Below are positions 17,611 to 24,213 of a stretch of DNA of 24,213 nt, one piece after another. Position 1 is the stretch's first letter; each line of letters starts with the position of its first letter. Made by a program: the position numbers and the translations under genes. The DNA is taken from the NCBI GenBank assembly GCA_044356455.1, contig JBIKWF010000064.1:1-24213 (forward strand). The letters run 5' to 3'. The stretch is from Bdellovibrionota bacterium (GTDB lineage Bacteria > Bdellovibrionota_C > UBA2361 > JBGSMV01). The notes beneath the pieces are model-generated. The model saw only the letters and a list, made by a program, of their open reading frames with translations, was not told the origin of the DNA and did not search any database.

Positions 17611-18726
17611 TTACGAGGCGCGAGGCTTGCCCTTGGCAGGCTTAGGGAGGGGATCAAGATCAAGAAACACCGCTTGAGGGTGATGAGCCGCAACGTGCCT
17701 TAGATCTCGCTGCATGGGGTCCTTCAAATCACAAAGGACAATTTGACTCACTACCTCACCCCACTGCGCGTTCGTGTGGTCATACTCGGGATAGGTATAC
17801 AGACAATTTTCTATGTCTTGATACCCAACTCTCTCGTGAACCTTGAAGGCGTAATTGGTAGCTGGCGCAAGTCGTACAATACCCATCACAAAATCAACGT
17901 CCTCGGCCTTCGAGGTCATACACGCGTGGGCCAATTTATAAGCAACCGCCCGGTCCATTCCGAGTCTACCCTCGAGGGCCTCTTCCGTCGCCACTACGTG
18001 CGCCACCATAAAGCGCTGTCCGCGGCGTTTTTCTAAAATGTCAGGGTGCTTGAGCGCGATCCTTAGCCAATCGCGATCCTCCCGAGAAAAATCTCTCAAG
18101 AATTTGAGCGGCTCCCCCACAATAGCTCGCGCACTGATGTGGTAAACAAGCTTGCCGTAAAGCTGCGCATGCACATCCATTACAAGAATATGATGTGAGC
18201 CGGGAGCGAGACACACCTCCCGAATTTCACTCGGCGAAAGGGCATGCCAAAGCCCAGAATGCTTTCTCGTTAAATCGCGATCCGAACGGGCTGCTTCCTC
18301 TACCTCGCTGCGCTTTTCTAGTTGCGCGAGTTTTCTGCGCTTACTTCTTCCCGTTAGTAAGGTTGATTTGGTATCCGCAAAGATCACCGGAGATGCCGGA
18401 CAAACATCAGGAGTAAGCGGGTCACATATCTCCAAGGTTCCGTCCTCGCGAATCGAGGCAACTCTCACGCGCCCAGGAATGACGTCGAACTTATCATTAG
18501 GTTTCGCGGAAAAGCGTTTTCCTAGGAGGCTCTCAAGTTCCTTGAGGTTGAGCCTCGGAAGCGCGGCTCCTTTGGGGTCTACCGTTCCGCGCCGTTTGCC
18601 CTGAGCAATATCACAGGGTGGACAGGCAAGCGGGAGGAGTAAGTCAGGGGGGACTTTATTCGCAAGTTCGCGAGCCGGCCGCGTGGTTCTAGCTTTGTTC
18701 GTTCCGGATGGTTGTTGCAGGCTCAT
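17611..18726 (-). CDS. Hypothetical protein with a GNAT-like C-terminal half (paralog of 18797-19822)
   Basis: GIVRLAPATNYAFKVHERVGY resembles GNAT motif B (N..a...h.r.Gf) and is shared with the neighbouring gene. Confidence 0.75.
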   Translation of the reverse strand: MSLQQPSGTNKARTTRPARELANKVPPDLLLPLACPPCDIAQGKRRGTVDPKGAALPRLNLKELESLLGKRFSAKPNDKFDVIPGRVRVASIREDGTLEICDPLTPDVCPASPVIFADTKSTLLTGRSKRRKLAQLEKRSEVEEAARSDRDLTRKHSGLWHALSPSEIREVCLAPGSHHILVMDVHAQLYGKLVYHISARAIVGEPLKFLRDFSREDRDWLRIALKHPDILEKRRGQRFMVAHVVATEEALEGRLGMDRAVAYKLAHACMTSKAEDVDFVMGIVRLAPATNYAFKVHERVGYQDIENCLYTYPEYDHTNAQWGEVVSQIVLCDLKDPMQRDLRHVAAHHPQAVFLDLDPLPKPAKGKPRAS

Positions 18727-18796
18727 GGCTAGCCTGTAGCATAAAGGACAAGGTCAATGCGAAACGAGGCTACGCAGTGGGGATAACGCCTTAACC

Positions 18797-19822
18797 TTAT
18801 TCAGAGCTCTCAGTTTTCACAAAACGACGGAGCTCCGCATACGTTTCTGGACAGCCCTCAAGGTCGACAGAGAGGATACTCTTCTCAGAAAGAACTCTTT
18901 TCGCAGCCTCAATTTGGTCAAGAATTTCAGGCGACTTTAGGTCTAAACATATTACCTGAAATCGCGCCGGCGTAACTTGCTGGGTAGCTTCGGAAACGAC
19001 GGTATCAAAAAGTTCCAAATCCCTCCCCTCTGAATCCTTGATGGACCTCCAGCCAAGTGTTTCATGGGCCCCAGCAGCAGTATTTGGATTGGGCTCCAGG
19101 CGCACAATATCATAGACTTTGGTTATTCCGCGCGTCACTGCTTTTTCATAGAGTTCCAGAGTCGCATGCGCGAGCAGCACCCGGTACATCCCCTTGGGCG
19201 CCATAGGCAAGCACACGACCGTGTCGGCAAGTGCAAATTTTTCCTCTGGGCCCACCTGACTGCGCACAAGATCCATCAGCCCCTTCATATGATGCGGGGC
19301 GGCTACATCCGTCCAATAATTCAGGTAGGCAACAGGAATATGCCAGCTGGGATGCGCTGGGTTGGGCATAAGAGCGACAAGCCCCTGAGCCCCCTCTAAT
19401 TTGCAGCCTTCAAGCAGTTCAGGCAGCGTGTGACCTCCTGCCAAGCCTTGCGCCGGAACTTCATTTAAATCGGCTGGACTAAAGGCGCACCTATTCATAT
19501 TTCTAACTCCGCCGTACCATTCCCGAGCTCTTTTTTTTAGCTTCTCCTTATCTAAGCTGGCCTCGACATCAAGCTCCCGGACCATACGAATAAATGCTTC
19601 TCGATCAGCTTTCGAATCCATAGGGAGATCGACAACCACCGCGTCATGCGCGGGAAGATCCACAAGTTTAGGGTGGTAAAATCCCTTTTCTGGGCAAAAT
19701 TGAGCTTCGTCACTTTTGGAGGGCTTCCCGAGCTGATCGAAGGGACTCTGCACTATGGGCGTGCAAGAAGAGCCACCCTTTAGACCACGACTCCGGGCGC
19801 AATTTGACGGTCCTGAGTTCAT
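18797..19822 (-). CDS. Hypothetical protein with a GNAT-like C-terminal half (paralog of 17611-18726)
   Basis: DTVVCLPMAPKGMYRVLL (motif A-like) and DIVRLEPNPNTAAGAHETLGW (motif B-like). Confidence 0.75.
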   Translation of the reverse strand: MNSGPSNCARSRGLKGGSSCTPIVQSPFDQLGKPSKSDEAQFCPEKGFYHPKLVDLPAHDAVVVDLPMDSKADREAFIRMVRELDVEASLDKEKLKKRAREWYGGVRNMNRCAFSPADLNEVPAQGLAGGHTLPELLEGCKLEGAQGLVALMPNPAHPSWHIPVAYLNYWTDVAAPHHMKGLMDLVRSQVGPEEKFALADTVVCLPMAPKGMYRVLLAHATLELYEKAVTRGITKVYDIVRLEPNPNTAAGAHETLGWRSIKDSEGRDLELFDTVVSEATQQVTPARFQVICLDLKSPEILDQIEAAKRVLSEKSILSVDLEGCPETYAELRRFVKTESSE

Positions 19823-19886
19823 AAGCGTTAATAGGAGCTAGACTCCCAGGGTTATTAACCACTAAATTGAGCGCATAGCTTAAGCA

Positions 19887-21251
19887 ATGAACAGCCTGCC
19901 TCTAAACATGTCTGAAGAGAGCGCGTCACCGGGGCCCGGCAGGAGGATGCGGAATAATTCAAGGGACTTAGACCTCTATGACGGATTTCTGCGCTTCAAC
20001 CGGCGCCTGCTCTCTATTCTAAAGCTCCTAAAGCCCCCCCTCACCACCAACGAGAGCCACGCCCTCGCCGCCCTCACGGTCCAGAGCGAAACTTTAGTCG
20101 CAAAAGACCTTGTCCGAACTCTACGCCTTGAAAAAAGCACTCTTTCAAGAATGCTTAAGCAGCTCATCTCTAAGAGTCTTCTTGCAGAGATCCCAGCGGC
20201 AGAGGACAAGCGCAAGAAGCATCTGCGCATCACCTCGGAGGGCCAGCGAGTGCTGCTCGAAGACAGCCGCCTTCGTAACCGGGAAGTAGAGGTGACAGCC
20301 GCGCCGCTTTCTCCCTTCGAACAAGCTGAACTCACGCGTCTCTTGCGCTACATGGCGGACACTCTTGGCGAGCCCAAGGTAGATGACCATCCAGAGGACA
20401 ACCCTCTGAAGCGGGAAATTCGGCGGCTCACGCGCGGCATGGGATTTATAGGTGCAAGTTGCATGCGCACGGGTAGATCCGTGGAGGAGTGCCAAATCCT
20501 GCGCCTGCTTGTCTCTGCTCAAGGCACGCTGCCCTTCTCGGAACTTAACCGCATATTACCATACGACGTAAGCGCGCTCTCGCGACTCATCACTCAGTTA
20601 GAGGGCGAAAAACTCCTTACAAAGTCCCGGAATTCCAGCGATCAGCGAGCAGTTTTTATAAAGATTACCCCCCGCGGCATTGAGGTCGATGCTGAGTCGA
20701 TTGAGAAATCCGCTCGTTTCTTCCGAATTGCTTTGGCTGGGCTTCCTGAAAGGGAATGGGATCTGCTTGCCGATCTCGTGCGGCGTTTTACCTCAAAAGA
20801 ATTCGACCCCAAAGAGCTGGGATCAATTGGCGAATATGAAACTATCGTGCTTGAACGTGAGATTGATAAACAGCGTTACCGGGCGCTTTTGGTCGAATCA
20901 CTGGTGCGAAGTAACCATCACCACTCGCTCTCTGAAACTCTGCTCGGAGCCAAATCTCTCTGTCTCGCGATTGAGCGAAGTGGTGAGCCCGTAGCAATTT
21001 CAGAAATAACTTTTACCAGCGGCCCAGCGAAACTCATTCACTTGGTTTTTCTAGGAACTGCTGCCCGCTCAACGAGCGAACAATCCGCAGTGAGCGAGCG
21101 CCTATTTGAAGCCGCTGCAAAAAACAAACGCCTGGCAAGCGTCGATATTCAGAACCCACTCCTTGAGCCTCTCATCCCCCGTTCCTTGGCCAAGAGCGTG
21201 CTCCCGCAGGGTGGCGTGCGAGTCAATCTAAGACCCCCCAAGAGAAATTAG
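19887..21251 (+). CDS. Transcriptional regulator with two tandem MarR winged-helix domains and a degenerate GNAT-like C-terminus
   Basis: wHTH 1: LRLEKSTLSRMLKQL...EDKRKKHLRITSEG. wHTH 2: LPYDVSALSRLITQL...SDQRAVFIKITPRG. The exact start is uncertain. Confidence 0.9.
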   Translation: MNSLPLNMSEESASPGPGRRMRNNSRDLDLYDGFLRFNRRLLSILKLLKPPLTTNESHALAALTVQSETLVAKDLVRTLRLEKSTLSRMLKQLISKSLLAEIPAAEDKRKKHLRITSEGQRVLLEDSRLRNREVEVTAAPLSPFEQAELTRLLRYMADTLGEPKVDDHPEDNPLKREIRRLTRGMGFIGASCMRTGRSVEECQILRLLVSAQGTLPFSELNRILPYDVSALSRLITQLEGEKLLTKSRNSSDQRAVFIKITPRGIEVDAESIEKSARFFRIALAGLPEREWDLLADLVRRFTSKEFDPKELGSIGEYETIVLEREIDKQRYRALLVESLVRSNHHHSLSETLLGAKSLCLAIERSGEPVAISEITFTSGPAKLIHLVFLGTAARSTSEQSAVSERLFEAAAKNKRLASVDIQNPLLEPLIPRSLAKSVLPQGGVRVNLRPPKRN

Positions 21252-21267
21252 TTGCGCACAGCAATTA
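21245..21267. promoter_or_regulatory. Operator-like box 1 (AAATTAGTTG-N7-CAAT)
   Basis: aaattagTTGcgcacagCAAtta, an imperfect palindrome overlapping the marR stop codon. Confidence 0.5.
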
Positions 21268-21390
21268 TTTTCACTTCCTAGTCCGGACTAAATCGGCAGA
21301 GCTTTCCAGAGCGCCGCTAACATATTAAAACTAAACGCTTTATCGCCTTTTCAGAGCACCCGTTCTGCAAGTTCATTTTCCTCTATGATA

Positions 21391-21413
21391 AAATTAGTTG
21401 TAATGTACAATCA
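21391..21413. promoter_or_regulatory. Operator-like box 2 (AAATTAGTTG-N7-CAAT)
   Basis: aaattagTTGtaatgtaCAAtca; same 10-nt left half and spacing as box 1, about 30 nt upstream of the sigma factor start. Confidence 0.55.
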
Positions 21414-21443
21414 ACCATAGCTGCAACGTTATTGGAGGTGCAC

Positions 21444-22118
21444 ATGACAACTCAAGTTATGGTTCAAGACGGTTCGAAGAGAGGCGCCAAGACCCCGAAA
21501 GCTGGATCGGTAACGCCACTTTCTTTTGGGGACCGCGTACTCGCAGAGCGCCCTATGGCACACCGCCTCGGATGGCATCTCATCCGCAGATGGGGCTTAG
21601 AAATCTCGCGCGACGATGCCGAGTCAATGATTGACTACGCGCTATGCGAAGCCCTTTCACGCTTCGACGAAACTCGCGGGGCAGAGTTCAGCACCTACCT
21701 GTACTATGTGCTCAAGGGAGAGCTCAAACGGATCCGCCGCTCTATGGTGCGCCTGCAAAGCTGCGTTCCTTTGGCTGAGGACCACGATGCGGAGCATGAT
21801 GAAGATTCGTTTAGTCCGATTCCACGCGTCGCTTCCCCTACCCCGTCGCCGGAGCAGGAACTCCATCAGTCAAATGTTCGCTCACTTTGTGAGAGGCTGA
21901 TGAAGGGGCTCACTTCTGTTCAGAAAGCAGTGGTTATGGAAACTGTTGCAGGAGACGAAAACGTGGCCGGACTCGCACGCAAGCTTGGCTACAGCCGTGG
22001 CCATCTGAGCACGGTTAAGAGCGCCACCATGCGTAGTCTTCGCAGCTCAGTAAAAGCTGAGAAAAACGAACTATTCTGGGAAAACAACGATTACCCAATC
22101 ACTCGTCAAGCGGCATAA
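21444..22118 (+). CDS. Alternative sigma70-family RNA polymerase sigma factor
   Basis: Region 2: ALCEALSRFDETRGAEFSTYLYYVLKGEL. Region 4 HTH: LTSVQKAVV...VAGLARKLGYSRGHLSTVK. GGAGG RBS before ATG 21444. Confidence 0.88.
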   Translation: MTTQVMVQDGSKRGAKTPKAGSVTPLSFGDRVLAERPMAHRLGWHLIRRWGLEISRDDAESMIDYALCEALSRFDETRGAEFSTYLYYVLKGELKRIRRSMVRLQSCVPLAEDHDAEHDEDSFSPIPRVASPTPSPEQELHQSNVRSLCERLMKGLTSVQKAVVMETVAGDENVAGLARKLGYSRGHLSTVKSATMRSLRSSVKAEKNELFWENNDYPITRQAA

Positions 22119-22124
22119 CTCCAG

Positions 22125-22168
22125 GCGGGCGCCTCCCTGAAAAGTCAGTCAGGCGCCCGCTTTCTCTT
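22125..22168 (+). terminator. Rho-independent terminator after the sigma factor gene
   Basis: Stem gcgggcgcct...aggcgcccgc with an inner ctga/tcag stem, followed by tttctctt. Confidence 0.7.
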
Positions 22169-22199
22169 ACCCCAACAACCGCCCCCCTGATTCGCAGAG

Positions 22200-22667
22200 C
22201 TAAATCCGCGCGAGGTTCGTCTCCACCGCAAAGGTACCGCCTGCTACGGAACAAATGATGCAATACGTGTCCCGCGTCACACGGTCTCGCATTTGCAAGG
22301 ACTCGCCACTAATTACAAGAGGCGTTGCGAGACCAATTTCAAATCCCAGCACCGCGAGCCGACGTTTGAGGTCCCCACATATAATGTTGGTGAACTCACC
22401 AACCGCATCAAGCACGTCATCGTTGACCGTGGTGAATTTCTCCCCGAGCATGTTTTCGAGAAGCTGAAAGAGGCAGTCCTGCTTAAAACTAAGCGCGAGG
22501 GTTCCATTAGAATTTCCGCCCGCAAGCCCAATGATGCCCGTGACGCTTCCATACATCCCTCGGGACTCCTTCTTCTTAGGCTCTCCTAAGGTTATCTGAG
22601 ACATTGTCATGGCTTCGATTACCTCTTTCACCGCTGAGCCAATGGCATCTAGTACTTTGCTATCCAT
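22200..22667 (-). CDS. cheX: Chemotaxis phosphatase CheX
   Basis: Motifs VTGIIGLAG, DAVGEFTNIICG (E-x2-N catalytic motif) and LATPLVISG. Confidence 0.93.
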   Translation of the reverse strand: MDSKVLDAIGSAVKEVIEAMTMSQITLGEPKKKESRGMYGSVTGIIGLAGGNSNGTLALSFKQDCLFQLLENMLGEKFTTVNDDVLDAVGEFTNIICGDLKRRLAVLGFEIGLATPLVISGESLQMRDRVTRDTYCIICSVAGGTFAVETNLARI

Positions 22668-22844
22668 AGTTCTTCACTTCCTTAGAGGACTCTCGCGAGT
22701 CTCATGAAATTAGAGCGCTCACAAGAGGCTCATTATAAGTGCCTGTAATTGCTTGGCGGCCATACCCTTCCCCGCTCTTCGGCCGTGACTGAAGAATATT
22801 TTTACAAATTTGTGACAACTAAAATATCAGAATTTGGTACTTCG

Positions 22845-22991
22845 CCAACCCGGGAGAGGGAAACTTCTCCTTTAAGGGAAGGGCATCAGCACTTCCTTTG
22901 AGAAACCTCCTTAACAGACCAGTTGTACGAATGTCGTACGCGAAGCGGCATTCGGCGCCCCTTTGCCCCGACCAGGGCAAAGGGGCTTTTT
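22845..22991 (+). ncRNA. Candidate structured small RNA (family not recognised)
   Basis: Three hairpins (one with a GAAA tetraloop), an unpaired CCTCCTT stretch and a + strand terminator, in an intergenic region with no + strand gene. The 5' end is approximate. Confidence 0.5.
22957..22991 (+). terminator. Rho-independent terminator, + orientation
   Basis: Perfect 12-bp stem gcccctttgccc-cgacca-gggcaaaggggc followed by ttttt. Confidence 0.8.
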
Positions 22992-23826
22992 ATTTCGAGC
23001 CCGAACTTATTTCCCTGGCACGCAAGAAAGCCCGCCGCACTGCTTCTCTAAAACACTCGGCGACGTGCCTGTCTTCGAGCACTTTCAGCGCAGCCTCAGT
23101 AGTTCCCCCTTTTGAGGTTACTCGAGCTCGCAATATCGACGAAGCTTCATCATCCTCGAGAAGCATACGAGCCGAGCCTCGCATGGTGACCCTTACAAGC
23201 TCGCGAGCCTGGGAGGTTGAAAATCCAAACTCCTCGGCTACGACTTCGAGTTGTTCAACAAGGTAAAAGAAATAAGCGGGACCACTCCCCGCTACGGCAG
23301 TTGCCGCATCCACAAGCTCTTCGGTAGCCACGCGCAGCACGCGCCCAAAGGAAAGCAATATCCTTTCAGCAGCAGCCCCTACCTGAGTTGGGAGTTCTGG
23401 AGGACAAAAAAGCGCACTCACCCCTTCCTGAAAGCGCGCAGGGAGGTTTGGCATGGCACGTACGACTAGCTCATGACCAGATAGCCACGTTCGCAAAGAC
23501 GCCGTAGATACCCCTGCCATCACGGATAGTATTACTTGGGCGGAAGAGAGAAATGGAGCAAGCTCTTGGCAAAGGCTTTCCGCGTCCTGCGGCTTTACCA
23601 CCAGCGCAATAAGGGCAGCCTCCCTTACAAATGCACCCAGCTCAGGCTCGACACGCACACCAAAACGAGATCTGATGGCTTCACGCCTCACCGAGTCACG
23701 CTCGAGAATCACGCAGGAAGACTTTGTTGCCACGCCAGAGTCGAGGCAGGCTCCTACCATGCTGGCACCAAGCGCCCCGCACCCCACGACAAGAAGCGAG
23801 CCCTGACCTACGGCAACATCGCTCAC
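22990..23826 (-). CDS. proC: Pyrroline-5-carboxylate reductase
   Basis: Motifs VGCGALG, VVKPQ, SVMAGVS, VRAMPNLP, TAVAGSGPAYFF and VTSKGGTTEAAL. Confidence 0.97.
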   Translation of the reverse strand: MSDVAVGQGSLLVVGCGALGASMVGACLDSGVATKSSCVILERDSVRREAIRSRFGVRVEPELGAFVREAALIALVVKPQDAESLCQELAPFLSSAQVILSVMAGVSTASLRTWLSGHELVVRAMPNLPARFQEGVSALFCPPELPTQVGAAAERILLSFGRVLRVATEELVDAATAVAGSGPAYFFYLVEQLEVVAEEFGFSTSQARELVRVTMRGSARMLLEDDEASSILRARVTSKGGTTEAALKVLEDRHVAECFREAVRRAFLRAREISSGSK

Positions 23827-24116
23827 TTGCCAGCCCTGCCGCGCTCAGCATTTTCTACTTGCACGACAGAACCCTGCTCAAGATTGAGAAACTTGAGCAT
23901 TTGCTGCATGAGCACTTTGTGATCTTTTGGATCGCCCATGTTCAAGCGGTATTCGTTGAGAACCTTGATTTGCATGTCGTTCCGCCACATGTTCCAGGCC
24001 TTTTCTGAGACCGTATCGAATATCTTTTTCCCCATTTCGCCAGGGAATGGTGGCTTCGCAAGCCCTGGGAGCTCCTCTCCAAACTTTATGCACTTTACTA
24101 AACGCTCCCCTGTCAT
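23823..24116 (-). CDS. yggX: Fe(II)-trafficking / oxidative damage protection protein YggX
   Basis: VKCIKFGEELPGLAKPPFPGEMGKKIFDTVSEKAWNMW...LNEYRLN. Overlaps the proC start by 4 nt (GTGA). Confidence 0.93.
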   Translation of the reverse strand: MTGERLVKCIKFGEELPGLAKPPFPGEMGKKIFDTVSEKAWNMWRNDMQIKVLNEYRLNMGDPKDHKVLMQQMLKFLNLEQGSVVQVENAERGRAGK

Positions 24117-24134
24117 AACTTCTCTCCTATTTTA

Positions 24135-24213
24135 GAACCTTCCTGAAAAAGGCCCCTCCCCTTAGTGGTCTTTTGGTTCTTAGTGGTGTGAATAAATACA
24201 ACCCCAAAGAACA
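24135..24213. mobile_element. Probable MITE-like element, copy D (truncated by the window end)
   Basis: TIR-like gaaccttcctgaaaaag, then the 9-bp units cttagtggt, cttttggtt and cttagtggt (24161-24187), an AT-rich loop and the start of a right arm (aaccccaaagaaca). Confidence 0.45.

Noticed and set aside
22776..22804. Possible sigma28 promoter for cheX (GCCGAAGA with upstream TAAA)
   Set aside because: The TAAA spacing is 17 nt (only AAAA at 15 nt) and the -10 box has mismatches; too weak to call.
22830..22990. c-di-GMP riboswitch or tRNA upstream of cheX
   Set aside because: No GEMM consensus or cloverleaf/T-loop is recognisable on either strand; kept only as an unclassified sRNA candidate.
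22898..23266. 122-aa + strand ORF
   Set aside because: It is antisense to proC and runs through the terminator hairpin.

Overview
Bacterial chromosomal window of roughly 50-55% GC. Gene content and style suggest a deltaproteobacterial or Bdellovibrionota-like lineage (inference only). Housekeeping-type genes are radD/yejH helicase, a DUF2000 protein, glutathione peroxidase, cheX, proC and yggX. There is a flagellar glycosylation-type cluster: fliS, a methyltransferase, a methyltransferase/MAF-like/CgeB glycosyltransferase fusion, a GT9 protein and a conserved hypothetical protein. A candidate regulatory module has two paralogous GNAT-like genes divergent from a tandem-MarR regulator, followed by an alternative sigma factor with two matching operator-like boxes. 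The window also holds several orphan ORFs, including degenerate HD and HIT enzymes and a secreted Cys-rich repeat protein. The most distinctive non-coding signals are (i) a family of non-autonomous MITE-like elements (three complete copies, one truncated) with IS5-like TIRs, YTAR-like target duplications, an internal hairpin of 9-bp units and a nested ~70-bp sub-element, and (ii) a structured orphan sRNA candidate between cheX and proC.
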